DNA of 64,000 nt, taken from positions 493,406 to 557,405 of the forward strand of contig NW_027192203.1 of the NCBI RefSeq assembly GCF_041956535.1, written 5' to 3'. Made by a program: the position numbers and the translations under genes. Shown piece by piece: positions 24,434 to 37,037 of this stretch. The first letter of the stretch is position 1, and each line of letters begins with the position of its first letter. The notes below the pieces were generated by a model. The model was not told the origin of the DNA and did not search any database. It saw nothing but the letters and a program-made list of their open reading frames with translations. Source of the stretch: Calcarisporiella thermophila CBS 279.70 (Eukaryota > Fungi > Calcarisporiellomycota).

Positions 24434-24838
24434 CAGGCTACAGGTGTGCTTTGTTTCCTTTCTTCTTCGCTTTCCTTTTCTTCTTTCATTTCGCCCCCAT
24501 ATTCTCCAGCTCTATCTCCCCTACAAGTTCCTTGTGTGTTTTTTTTATTATTTTTAATTCTATGTTTGTTCTTCTTTAGGTTTGTACTTGTAAATATTAT
24601 GATATTTCTTTTCAATGGATTGCTCTCGATTACTCTCGCACTACTTGCTCTAAAATGGCCCCGCCTTTGCCTCTCTTCAAACCCAATTTTCAAAATGACG
24701 CTCTTAGGCGAAAGTGCAACGTCATCCATCGATTTTTGTAGATGTTCATCTTCCCGATATTTTTTTTTGTCTAACTACCCCGCCTTTTTCTTCCCACTCC
24801 GCCTTTGGTCTGAGTCTTCATCTTCCAATTGAAAAATC

Positions 24839-25173
24839 ATGGAATCGCTCATCAACAAACGGAATAAAGTGGTTGATCTACAGCGTCACTATCAGGTATC
24901 TTATTCCACATCCTGTTTATTTCACGTAAGAATATCACGTCTTGATGGTAGATGCACTAATGTTACACGTAGGCGCCTAGTAAAACCCCAACCTACCTGC
25001 GTGGCCCGCGCGACCGTTTCTGGATTGGGGTCTATAGCCTAATCCTTATCCCCGGTTTCGTGGGAGGCGTGTATGGAATCTATCGGCTTTCAGTAGTAAG
25101 TGCAGCCATTATTGTCTGTAGATTGCGGATGGTGATAATAACGGATGGTATCCAATTGTAGGGCAAAAAATAG
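24839..25173 (+). CDS. COX7: Cytochrome c oxidase subunit VII, 3 exons
   Basis: MESLINKRNKVVDLQRHYQ/APSKTPTYLRGPRDRFWIGVYSLILIPGFVGGVYGIYRLSV/GKK*. Confidence 0.8.
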
Positions 25174-26774
25174 AGTACGTGAATGAATCAAAGGCAAAGA
25201 ATTGATTTCGATTCTATCCGTATTTTTTTTTATTCAAAATTAAATAAAGATTAGCTTTGTTTTTATTCACAATGAGTAGCTCAAGTTTTTACAATCATAG
25301 TCGCGGAATAATTCAATTCATGAACGACGCTTCTTCTCTCTTCTTGAAATGAACAAAAATGCATCTTTAATCCAAAGCTCCGGGGCCCTTCGTAAAGACT
25401 TGCTAACGGTATCTTATATATCATCCGATTCTGCGAAGCAATTGGGTGGATATTATTATTAGATTTTAGATTCAAGGCCTCTATTATTTCCTCGTCTCTA
25501 CTCGAAATCACCATGTCTTCATGGCACATGGGGGACGCCTAGAGAGCCAGATACTTTGTTTTGTGGCTATTGCTTCAGTATAACGTTGCCCATCTACAAG
25601 CGAGCTATTAGAGTGCAATTTCAGTCTTTGATTTCAGTCTGAGCATCTTAAGGGATCGATGGCAGAGACAGTACTGAACGTGTAAAGGAGGAGCAAAGAA
25701 AATGTTCCGATTAAATGACTTTATTCTCATTGAGTCACGTCGTTGACCGGCTAGCACATACGAAATATACCGTGCATGCGGCAGTTGCTTGCCTGAGGCA
25801 GGCGCATTCTATATTGATGATATTCCATAGGCTTATTGGGATTTAGTGCCTTCTCACGTATACAATTCACATTTGAAGATGATGTATTCTAAAGCAATGT
25901 GGCCTGGAGGGGTAATAGATAACTTATTGACAGCAAAGAACCGACTCTTGATCAGATCTATTATAGATGCTATATGGTCTGGCAAACTCGTGCAATTTTC
26001 CAACCTGATAATAACCTTGAGTTATATCTTAACTTTGCACCAGAAAACCAGATAAGAATCTCAAGACGGCGGCAGTTATCTCGAGCTGAATACCATTACT
26101 TGGTTCAACCCGTGGAAGGAAGCTCTTCTAACCACTCTTCCTCCTGCTTCGCCGACCATTGGAATACTTGCAAGAACCTGTAGGTTAAAGGGAGGTGGGT
26201 GGCCATCCATTTCCCCCAGCCAAACCGTGACATCATTTCCGCCAGCCATTCTCTCTGGCATCACTATGGAAAGAATGAAGAAAGAGGTCCGATGATTTCT
26301 TCTATATCCGGGAGAGGCGAATCAGGAAGAATTCTTCCGCTTGCGTGGGGGAATCCATGAGGCTGGGAGGCGCAGCTAGAAGAGGACTTGACGGCATGAG
26401 GGAGGAGGGCATTGTCGCGTGAGCATCTTTTTGCCCCATGGCTGAGATGATCCGGCTCAGCGCGACGTGCCAACACGCGGCGATTGTTTTTAATAAAGTG
26501 GCATTTAAGGTAAATGAACCCTTGATTGTGAGACAGCGGATTTGGTTCGTCGAATCTCTGAAATCAATTTCCCTGAGATCCTTTTTTGTACAACCCCTAT
26601 GCGATTCTTTGACAAGCGAGTTTTATCGCATTTCATCCACACTTCCTCATTAGAGGGCCTTCACAGGAACCCTTTGCCCGCGCACTTTTCACTTTGCATT
26701 CCGTTTTCACTTGCACACCCTAATTCCACGAGCATCACGAGATTGCATCTGCCGGTGAATGAAGCCAGGCATTC

Positions 26775-28355
26775 ATGCCCAAACCACTGTATAAACGCTT
26801 GCGAGAGGAGAGGAGGAAATCGCGTGCAATCTATTTACATGATTCCCTACAGCGCCTGTTCTCCACTCTCCTCTTGTACATGATGTCGCTTCCCGCCACT
26901 CAATTACTCAAGGCTGCCTCCCCCCTCCCGCCCATTAGCATTGACACATCTTATGTGTGGCTGGCCATGTATTTTGTCCTCAATCTGGGCCTCACCCTCT
27001 ACAACAAGGCCGTCATGCAGCTGTTCGATTTTGGCTTTCCTTGGACACTTACCGGCATTCATACCCTGTGTGGAGCGCTGGGAGCCTATGGGGCGTACCA
27101 ATTGGGCTATTTTAAGCCCTCGAAACTGGGAGAGAGAGAGAACATGGTCATGCTCGTGTTTTCTGTCCTGTACACGATCAACATCGCCATTAGCAATGTG
27201 TCGCTGTAAGTCACCATTTCGGCTCTCCATCTTTTCTCCTTGAGAAAAATGGATGAAAAGAAAAAAAATTAAGTGTGAGAGCAAGCCTTCTTATCGATTC
27301 TCTTCTACTTTATTGTTTTTTAGAAATCTGGTCACAGTTCCCGTAAGTCCCCTCGGCACTTTTACATAGAATTTTCCGCCGCTTTCGCGATCTTCAGAAT
27401 GGAGGCCCTGACTCTTTCTTTTTCTTTCTCTCCCCTTCCCCCTCACACACCTAGTTTCATCAGGTTGTGCGTGCCATGACCCCCCTCTTCACCATGCTGC
27501 TCTCCATTGCTTTTCTGCAGAAGAGCTATTCACCGGAGATCTATATCTCCCTTGTTCCCGTGGTGCTTGGGGTCGTGTTTGCCACCTTTGGGGACTACAA
27601 TTACACCCCGGTGGGATGCTTCCTCACGGTATTGGGGACATTGCTGGCAGCCCTGAAGACGGTGGCAACCAATCGAGTCCAGGTGAATCAATTTCCCAAT
27701 GGGCTAGAGTTCTTCTTCCTGGTTGCCAGTGCTGCTAACGGATGTCTTTGTTGATGGGATACAATGCAGGTCGGTCGGTTCAAACTCCATCCGCTTGATC
27801 TGCTGCTCCGCATGTCTCCCTTGGCTTTCCTACAGACCATGATCTACGCTCAGATCTCGGGTGAGCTGGCGGATTTGCGGCTATTCTTGCGAGCCATTGA
27901 GCCGGAGGCGGTCTATCCCCTCGCCAGCGCGCTCCTTGCCAACGGGGTCATTGCTTTCTTCTTGAGCGTGGTGAGCTTCACTGCAAACAAGAAGACAAGT
28001 GCGCTGACGATGACGGTGGCGGCCAACGTGAAGCAGGTGCTCACTATCATGTTGGCGGTGCTGATATTCCACTTGAACATTTCGCTGACCAATGCGGTGG
28101 GGATTCTCTTGACCCTTGTGGGAGGGGCTTGGTACACGTAAGTAACAAAATAGCACGAACGGGGGGGGGGGGGGGGAGTTGGGGAAGAGGGAGATGTTTA
28201 AATGAGAAATTTAACCTCATCCGATCTCTTTGCAACTTAGGAGCATCGAATTAAAGGAGAAATCCAGGAAACAGCTGGGTGGCGACTTCCCCATTGGTCA
28301 AACGATCCTTTCTAAGGAGAGCGTGCCTGTTCTACAGATCCAAATCTCACGATAA
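26775..28355 (+). CDS. Triose-phosphate/nucleotide-sugar transporter (TPT/SLC35E family)
   Basis: LNLGLTLYNK, FGFPWTLTGIH, NIAISNVSL/NLVTVP/FHQVVRAMTP, SALTMTVAANVKQ; start may be 26775 or about 26880. Confidence 0.88.
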
Positions 28356-29000
28356 CTGTATTTTTTCTCAATGCTTTTCTTCCTCCTGATGTATATTTTC
28401 ACTCCTCTTTACCCGCATCAGTCATATTGGCAGTGCTTTTTTTCGAATTAGCATTTTCACATTATCGTTCTATAAACCATTTCAGCAATTATAAGGGATT
28501 ATCGTTATCTGAAAGCATGATTCCCACGACTACTTCGATCCGAAGAAAAAGAGCGTGAAGGAATAAGCAGGGCAGCGCATCCACCCATGGCCCAACTTTC
28601 TTAGTGCATTTTATGATAATAATCCTTTTTTTTTTTAAGGAAACTAGTGTAAATGGTTAACCAATCTTATATTTTAGAGGGAAAAAAAAAAGTAAACCAG
28701 TAAACATTGTTCCAAGTACTATCTTTCTCTATCTTCCATGGTTGTTCTTTTTCTTCTTTAAAACGGCATTGAACATACAACATCGAAGAGAGGGGGAAAG
28801 AGAGGAGAGGGGCGGGGCAGAAGAGAGACGGAGGAAAGGGGATTGGAGGAGGAAGAGAGAGGAAGGAAAAGAAGAAGAAGAAAAAAACATAAATATAATC
28901 GATCTAATATCTAATAGAATAAAATGGGTCATGAATTATTTACAGCCTAACAAGAAAAAGGGTCGATCCGGCATTTTGTTTTCGTCGCTCAATTCTCCTA

Positions 29001-29528
29001 TTAGTTATGGAGTTTTCTTCGCAAGTGCCGTAGCAAGGCGTCCCGCCTTGTGAACTGCTTTCCGCAGGTCTCGCAGCGGACACCCTCGCTACCAAGATGC
29101 CGGCGCATGTGCCGGTGCAAGTCGTAGACCCGATTGAATGAGGCACCGCATTCCTTACATATGGGGACCTGCTGGGTGGTGGAGGACGGGGTGGGGGAGG
29201 GCATGCCGTTGTTGGGGACGTCGATCCATCCCTGCCGATTTTCCTTCTCTTTGTTCCGCCGGCCGCCCGAAGTGGTGCGACGTTGTTTGGTGGTGCGAGG
29301 GGGGGAAGAGGATGTGGAGGCGATGTAGGGGATCGGGGTTGTGGCGGGGGAGGGCGAGGTGGAGGTCTGGTAGGTGCTGGAAAGCGAGGCAATGACATGG
29401 GCGGCAGAGAGCTGCTCGGCATCGAACCACTGGGATGGGGGGTCGCCGGCCCCCTCGTCGGCGGCATCACGGACGGCGGACAGATGATGCTGGCGGTCCC
29501 ATTTATTCGGATGGTTAAGCGTCATCAT
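29001..29528 (-). CDS. Two-finger C2H2 transcription factor, intronless
   Basis: CKECGASFNRVYDLHRHMRRH and CETCGKQFTRRDALLRHLRRKLH. Confidence 0.85.
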   Translation of the reverse strand: MMTLNHPNKWDRQHHLSAVRDAADEGAGDPPSQWFDAEQLSAAHVIASLSSTYQTSTSPSPATTPIPYIASTSSSPPRTTKQRRTTSGGRRNKEKENRQGWIDVPNNGMPSPTPSSTTQQVPICKECGASFNRVYDLHRHMRRHLGSEGVRCETCGKQFTRRDALLRHLRRKLHN

Positions 29529-30273
29529 CTCTAGGCTTTGATGGGGGGGGGGGGAGGGAGGCGAGAGGGGGGAAGAGGTGGAATTGTTTGGGTTTAGAGT
29601 TGGCTGGGAGAATTCCGGGTGCGGCCAGCTGTTCTATGGAGGGGAGATGATAGAGATTGGGACAGGCAATGCTCAGGGGCAAAGATGGGGGGTGCAGTTG
29701 TAGAGGGCGGAGATGGGGAGTAGCCTAATGGCGGATGAGAGAGCCGGGCTAGAAGGTAGATGGAGAGGAAAATAGGTGGAGTGAAAGAAACAAATAAGAG
29801 CCACGCAGTAAGAGAGGTGGCAAAAGAGAAAATAAAAAAATTTTTTCAAGGAAACAGGGGATTGGCCACTCTGGCTTTTCACGCTTGTCTCGCTATTTTC
29901 ATGGAGAGGCGGGTGATCCGAGGAGGCCGGCCGGGCGAGACGAGCCGCTGATCCACGCAAGCTGCGGCCAGGAAAGGGCTGCGGGCCAAAAAAGCGCCTT
30001 GACCCCTTGCGGCCGGGTCCCCTTCGCCCTCGGTGGGCCTGCTCGCTCTCCCTGTCAACAAGAACAGCACGGAAACCTCGGCCTCCTTCCCAACTCTTTC
30101 TCTCCGCCCACCGCCGAATAACCTAACCTACGTCGCCTATGTTTTCGTTGCTGGTGGCAAAAAGGGTTTACAAACCTAACCTATCTCGTTCCGGCCCGAA
30201 ACGCAATATAAAGGGAGACAGACAGGGAGAGGAAGACAGCATCTCTTCACTTGGAATCCATGATAGAAAAATC

Positions 30274-30893
30274 ATGATCCGTAGGCTTCCGACCCTCTCC
30301 CGTCTACTACATACTCAACGGAGGCCCAACTATAGCGGATGGTGGACATCGATACTTGATCAGGTAAAATGCCGTCATGAGATGAGAAGTCAGAGTGAGA
30401 GTCATGAATAACAATTTTAAATGACACGATTCTTCCATTCTGACCATGGTTGTAGCCAGATCCAATTCCATTCAAGCCCTATGCTCCCATCAGTGATCCC
30501 GGATCTGCCCATGCCGCGTCCAATTCTTCCTCCTCCTCTCCTCCTGCCGCTCCATCTCAGGATGTTGATCCCAAACCTGCAAAGGAAATCGTAGTCGATG
30601 GAATCCGGCTACCACCTAAACCATCACCCCCCGATAACTGCTGCTTTAGTGGCTGTGCACATTGTGTCTTTGACATCTACATCGATGAGCTCGATCACTA
30701 CTTCTCCGTCAAGAGGGATCTCCGATCGCGTTTGCTCGCGAAAAGTCTTCCGATTCCCCCTGAGTTGGCCGAAGATGAGGAAGAGAAGGCCAACGACGTC
30801 AACGGGGATGGAGGTGTAGTGGGAGGAAAGGAGATGGATCCGGGGATGAAGGCTTTTCTGGAATTAGAAAGAAAATTAGCAGGCGGTGGGTGA
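30274..30893 (+). CDS. Oxidoreductase-like N-terminal domain protein (OXLD1-like), probably mitochondrial
   Basis: Exon 1 MIRRLPTLSRLLH...WWTSILDQ; exon 2 PPKPSPPDNCCFSGCAHCVFDIYIDEL and terminal MDPGMKAFLELERKL. Confidence 0.85.
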
Positions 30894-31404
30894 ACGGATA
30901 CAGCAGATGCATAGATAACCCCCTCCCCCCGCCCTCTATTTATCCTACGGTTGCTCTTATCCTGGACAAAGCGGTCTATTTATACTTTGCTTAATCCCGT
31001 GTATATCTGATGTATATCTTGATGATCGTGTTTTTATATCTGCCTTACTAAACAAAGCCAAGTGTTTATGAAAACATAAAAAAGGAGGGGCAATAGGAAG
31101 GAGTGAATGAGAAAGAATAGGGGGTGGCGAAAAGGTATTAATGGAAATAATGGTATGGTGGAATAAGAATGGAATAATTAAAAAAGAAGAAAATAGGCGG
31201 AGTGGACTCGTTATGTACAATCAAAGAGCCCTTAATAACGAGTTAAAAAAAGTGGAAAAAAAAAGAAAAAAGATTAATTCACACAATAAAAAACGAAGAG
31301 AACCTTTTTCGTCCTAGGAAAAAAAAAATAGAGTATAAAACTAACAAAGGAAAACATGTAAAAAAAAAAAGATAAGAGAGTAAAGGAAGAGGATTGGGAT
31401 CTCT

Positions 31405-32971
31405 TTATTCATCATAACAAAAGGGGTCGTGGGTTGGATGTATTCTGGGGAGAGAGACGGCGCGAACCATTTGCACCACGCCCCAACCATGAGGGCGTTG
31501 ATACGGGTGGAAGCGCAAGTTGGGGAGAGATGCCGAGTTTGAGAGAGTGGGATAGTTACGCAGAGGCGGGGGATAGCCGTCCACGTCCCAGAGCTGCTCT
31601 CGGTCTTCCAGCCACGCGGCCGAAGCAGGGACGGAGGGAGGGGGGGAGGCGGACTGAGACGGGTGGTGGGCGGGAAAGAGGGGGTCGCTGGACGAGGTGC
31701 GCTGGTGCGGCGGGTGATAGGGGTGGGGGTGGGGGTGGGAGGCGGGGGACTGCTTGGCGGGAGAGGAGTGGGACTCGGCAGCCATCAGCAGCCCGTACAG
31801 AGGATTGATGCGCATCAGCGCGTTACCATGCTCGATGAAGCAGGCTGCGGCGGTGGCCTCCGACTCATTCATCGAGATGGCGCTGTCGCGCCGCATCTCT
31901 TCGGCCGGGGGCGCCGACTGTGTCTTGGGGGTCACGGGGAGCGGAGGCGTGGGGAGGAGCGAGCCACGCCGCGCGGTCGGCTTCACGATTGGGTTGGGCG
32001 GGTAGGCGGAGGTGAGGGGGGCGGAGACGGCAAAGGGGGTCGGGAGCTTGCTATACTGGCTTGTGTGGCGCAAGTGGGAGTCGGGGTGAGCCTGGTAGAG
32101 GGGGTAGGGGGGCGGGGAGGGCAGCGAGAGGTCGAGGATGGATTCATTCAGCGAATAGGTGGGGGTGATGGAGCTGCGCGACGGAGAGGGGGAGGGGAGG
32201 TTGGAGCGGTCGGCGGAGGGCACGCTACTTGCGTCATCGTCGTCGTCGTCATCGGCGGAGTACTCGGCCGATTTCTCGTCCTTGGGGTCGTCGACGGGCT
32301 GCTGCTGCTCCTCCTCGCCGAAGCCGTGGTCGTCGTCCGGGTCCTCGATGTCTTCGTCCGGGTCGTAGTCGTGGGTGCTCTTGATGGAGAGTTGGCGCTT
32401 CAGCCCTCTCCTGAGGCACAGTTTCCTATCACCACAAGGGGGATCCATCAGTAAGCATGGCCGCGGGGGAGGGATGGGTCTGGGGCCGTACCTGGGCATC
32501 TGCTGCTCGGGATGTTTCAGCTTGGTCCGCAGGGCAAACCGCGTTGCCTTGCCGTGGCCGAACTTGATGATGGGGGCGGAGTCCACCTCAAAGTGCTTCA
32601 GATACTTGCTTATTTCCCCGCTCACCGTGTTGCGGGGGGTTCGGCCGCTGCTCGAGGCAATAACGTGCGTTAGAGAGGGGATCGCGGAATCACACAGACA
32701 GCACTTACCAAAATTGATACAGGTTTCGCAGCTCGATTTCATCTGGATACAGATTCACGGGTTAAGCTTCGGACATTAAAGGAGCAAGTCCACCACAGTA
32801 TGACTTACCAACGATAATGGAGAGCGGCAGGGGTTCGACGGCATCCTCCAGGACGGTTAGGACGGCGGAAATGATGTTGGTGGGCAGGGGGTCTGAGCCA
32901 AGGCCGAGGCCATCATCCGATTCGTAGTCGCTATCTTCGTTGCCGCGGTCTTTGTTCTTAGGAACGAGCAT
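31405..32971 (-). CDS. Winged-helix (HARE-HTH/GDS1-like) domain protein with long Pro/Ser-rich disordered C-terminus
   Basis: Exons 32971-32809, 32742-32709 and 32647-31405 give IISAVLTVLEDAVEPLPLSIIVDEIELRNLYQFCGRTPRNTVSGEISKYLKH...IIKFGHGKATRFAL. Confidence 0.7.
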
Positions 32972-35749
32972 GGTCCCTGAATGGATGTGTGAATACAAGG
33001 GCGCTTGGGGAGGGGGGAGAAGAGTCCGGAGGATAAGCTGTGGGGTTGGGAGGGGAGATTTGAAAGGAGGCTGATGGGGGGAAGGGGGACCTCTTATCCT
33101 CCCACTGGGTAGCAGATGAGGTGCGGTTGCAACTGGAATAAAGAGTACAGATGCTGGTATTAGTTATGGGGAGGGGGTGGATGATGGAGGTGGGGATGCA
33201 GTGAGGAAATGCAGAGTGATAAGATGTAATGAACACAGACGGGGTACTATATCATGAAGGGGGATGAGACAGAGAATGAATGAAGACTAGTGCCAATGAT
33301 TAAGATTGCAAGCTAATGAGATGCGATGCGAGATGCCAAGGCGTGCCTATATACATTGAGAGCACAGAAATGCACGACGAATGCAAGAGATGGGGGATGG
33401 GGCGAGGGAATGTGGGGAAATGGAGAATGCAAAATGAAATGAATTAGAGGGCGGGGGGGGGGGGAGAGGGGAGGTAGCTAGAGAGAAAAGGGGAAGGGGG
33501 AACGATAAAAATAAATAAAAAACGTTCAAACATGACGGAAAAGCCAACCGACATATATTTGCAGGTCTCGTAATGCGAGCAGATTGGAATTTGGGAGAGG
33601 ACCAGGATCGAGAGATTAGCACGCTATTCGCGGCTCTGAGGATCATCCGTGCTCGTGTATTTCATAACACGAGATTTTCGCTACGCGGAATATTTCGCCG
33701 CCGTTTTTGGCGGAGGTTTTGGACAGGCCAGGCCTGCTGAGGCTTCGGCTCCGGCGCCGGCCTGCGCCCTCCCCCACGGCCCCGCCCCTGGGCTCGTCTC
33801 TCGCCGGCCACGCGTGCTCGCTCTCCCCCTCGCCTCCCCCACGCTCGCCTGCGCCACGGGCCTGCGGAAGCGGCTTGCGGTGGCCTGCGTCTTTCCCTTT
33901 TGCTTAAGGTTCCGTCTTGCCCAGCAAGGACACCGCACAGAGCGGTGCGGGGCGTGGGGGCGGCAAGGCTCTTGACAAGCAGCAAGCCGCCACTCACAGA
34001 AGAGTCGCGCTCTGCGTGAACAAGAAGCAGGGCAAGCATTTATGTAACGGCGCGTGGGGGGCCTCGATTTAGGCATATGGATTTCATGCAACTCTATTTC
34101 TAATCACGCAACAAAAAAAGAAGAGCGGGAAAAAAGGCAAAACGGAAAATGGCAGCGCAGCAGCCTGCATTGCATCCAGCGGCTCGATCCCCCTCTTTGG
34201 CGGCTGGAGCCTGCCCCTGGCATCCCGGGCCTGGCTCGCAGTCCGCTCCTCGGCCAAATTGCTCAGATGCGGCATGGTGATTCAGCCGGGCGGATCACAA
34301 GCGAAGCGCAAGCACGACGTCACCCAAGCGTTACACTGGGCGATGCGGGGCGGAGCAGCGCTGGGTCTCAGGCGAAAGCCTCGGCGATGGAGGGGCGATT
34401 TGGGCGGGCGCGCAGCGATTAGGGTTTCGCCTATGGAACAGCCACCATCAAAACCGCTTTATTACCGTGGCACAAACCTTGACACCATCTGTGTAATGGA
34501 GGGCGATTGATGATGAAAGATCCGGTTGAGTCACACCCTTTTCATTACCAACCTGCTCTTGCCCTCTTTAGCGCGGTTGACGGCCCATCATTGGTGCCTG
34601 GCCCTCATTGGGCTCAGATGCTTGGAGTGGGCTCGTGGAACCTTCCAAACTCTCCCCCTTGTTCCCCCCCCGGAGACCAATCTGGCTGCGCGCCAGAGCC
34701 GGAGAGACGTGGCCCTGTGCTGCAGAGTCGTGTGATGGAGTCTGAGGAAACCGGGCAAGACACGAGGGTCGAATCCAGGGCACTTTAGCATTCGCGAGAA
34801 GACTAAAGAGACGAGGCACGGCGCCGCCGCCGCTGCCGCCGCCGCCGCCCCGCGTCCCAACAAACCGGCTCCCCCGTCCCCTCGCCCCCCGTGGAGGCAG
34901 CCGCAGCCCCACCACGGCTGCGGAATCAAGGTTCTTCAATCTCCAGCGTCGCTGGACCATGCGTGGAGCCGTTACGAAAAGCCATGAAAGCCATTCGGTT
35001 AGCATTTCCCCTTTTTTCATAAAGGTTAGCGCGCCTCACGTGCGGTAGAGTGTGGGAACTCTGAGAGTAACTTTGCGTTACTATGTTCATGTGAACGCTA
35101 AAGGCGCCTCCTCCTCTCCCCCCTCCCTCATCACCCTACAAAATCCGCACCTTATCCTGTGCGTCGATCTCGATACTGTATAGAAAGCCCTGGACACAAG
35201 CAGATCAACTCTAACTCCTGGTTATTACCGCAATAAAAATGATTCCTCCCCTCCCCCTCCCCTGATAGCTGCGCTGAGAAAGTGTATTTCGGTAAGTTCC
35301 GCTTCGCCCGAATCTTAGCTATCTCGCCGCTGCTTCCTTCGATGGTTGGGGCCCGTCGCGCACGCCTCCTCCCCCTCCACCAGAGGAACAATGAGCTGGA
35401 GCCCGCTTGGCCATGTCTCCTCCCGAGAACTTTCGCCGCCTGCTTAGATCCGACGCACGAGAAAAGACGCAATTAGAAGCGCCATTCTATTTTGTATTAG
35501 TGATGTCCCATTTCCCCTCCTCCCTGCTTCGCCCGCGATCCCTCCCACTCCTTACCTAAACCCCCCAACCCACTTCTCCTCTCTCTTCTCTCCCCTCCCC
35601 CCTCCCCCGATTGACCACTTTATCCTCCTTCTCATAAGGCTTGGACCCCTAATTTGGACCTCTCTAACTCTCCTAACTCTCCGGATATTTCTACACCCAC
35701 CGTTTCTTCTTTTTCGCTTGCCACTAACCTTTTTCTCCTCCTCCCTGCT

Positions 35750-36081
35750 TGACGTCAATATGTCATCGGAACACAAGGTCGGAAATCCCGCGCCGTTATA
35801 AAAGGCGTCGGTAAGTCTAGTATGTGCAACATTTTCTCCCCCCCCCCCTCTCCTCCCCATCAAAAAGTCACACGGTTTCCCTGACACATATCATTTAAGT
35901 GTTTATCCTTCTCGCCCGAATCCTTTTTTCTCCTTTCTTTCTTTTCTCTTCTTTCCGCTCCTTATCCATTACATTTTTATAAATCCACCTTTATTTTTTT
36001 TTTTTTCCCTCTTCTCCCCTTCCCCCCCCCCTCTAACCTCGCGATACAAAGGTTACACCTCCCTTTACTACTTTTGCTTAG
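35750..36081 (+). promoter_or_regulatory. bZIP upstream region: CRE palindrome, 13-codon uORF and probable 5'-UTR intron
   Basis: TGACGTCA at 35750-35757; ATG 35760 to TAA 35801; GTAAGT at 35811, CTAAC at 36033, TTAG ending 36081. Confidence 0.45.
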
Positions 36082-36134
36082 CTAGAAGCGGGATATAAAG
36101 GCGCATTAATACCATTGAATCAACCCTGAAGCCC

Positions 36135-37037
36135 ATGGCGTTCGAATTGGCCGACTCATCCCTCCCCAGCGATTCCCACCGAAAAACCAACACCCAGAGC
36201 TTCACCCATATGCTGGCTACCCCCAATACCGTCGAAGCGCCCTCCTCCCCCTCGTCCACCTCCACCTCCTCTTGGTCCTCAGCCTGGCCCTCTCTAGGCC
36301 TTCAAGTTCCCGACCTCTATGGAACCGCGGCCACGACCACCCCCAATGCCGCCGCCCCCCCTCCCACCACCGCGGCTGCTAACCCTGCCGCCGCTACCAC
36401 CGCCGTCACCACCTCCTCCGCTCTCGCGGCCACGTCCACCAGCGCCTCCACCCCCTCAGGAGTCCTCTCCATCACCCCCCACTCCCCTCACTCCCCTCAG
36501 ACCCCAAGTCCCACCCCGACCCCCACCGCCCTCCATTTCGAGCCGCTGTCTGAGGTCTTCGACTATCCCGAGCTCTCCCTGTTTGCGTCCGCCTCCTCCG
36601 AGCAGCCGCAAACCCTAGGGGAGGAGGGCTCCGGCCACCCCGCCTCCTCCGATTCCCCCACCCAGAAGAAGCCCGCCAATGCTCGCCGAGCCGCTCAGAA
36701 CCGCGCCGCCCAGCGCGCCTTCCGGCAGCGCAAGGACCGGTACATCAAGGATCTGGAGCAGAAGGCCCGCGAGCTCGACTCGTTCCGCGCCGCCATCGAT
36801 GTTCTGCGCCAGGAGAACCGCCAGCTGCATGCTGCGGTGCGGCAGATGATGTCCGACATGGGGTATCTCAAGCGCATGATGCAGGGACGCTGCGTGGTTC
36901 CGGAGATGTTGCCCCCCAACTTGTCGGCAGGAGGGGTGCCCGACGACATGGGCTGCGCGTGGGGCCTCGAGGAATGGGGCGACATGGTGTGGGACGGTAG
37001 AAAACGGAGGCTGACCCATATAGGATTTTTACACTGA
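36135..37037 (+). CDS. AP-1/Yap-like (KapC-type) bZIP transcription factor
   Basis: Basic region RRAAQNRAAQRAFRQRKDRYIKDLE followed by a leucine zipper; no Yap1-type Cys-rich domain. Confidence 0.9.
   Translation: MAFELADSSLPSDSHRKTNTQSFTHMLATPNTVEAPSSPSSTSTSSWSSAWPSLGLQVPDLYGTAATTTPNAAAPPPTTAAANPAAATTAVTTSSALAATSTSASTPSGVLSITPHSPHSPQTPSPTPTPTALHFEPLSEVFDYPELSLFASASSEQPQTLGEEGSGHPASSDSPTQKKPANARRAAQNRAAQRAFRQRKDRYIKDLEQKARELDSFRAAIDVLRQENRQLHAAVRQMMSDMGYLKRMMQGRCVVPEMLPPNLSAGGVPDDMGCAWGLEEWGDMVWDGRKRRLTHIGFLH

Noticed and set aside
25846-26480. Short ORFs, including a minus-strand FQWSAKQEEEW peptide faintly like a retroelement RT-RNaseH linker
   Set aside because: Too short, flanked by stops, and no other pol motifs or LTRs seen
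33649-35476. Numerous 60-150 aa ORFs on both strands
   Set aside because: Low-complexity Arg/Ala/Gly/Pro translations expected from GC-rich non-coding DNA; no domain or consistent codon bias
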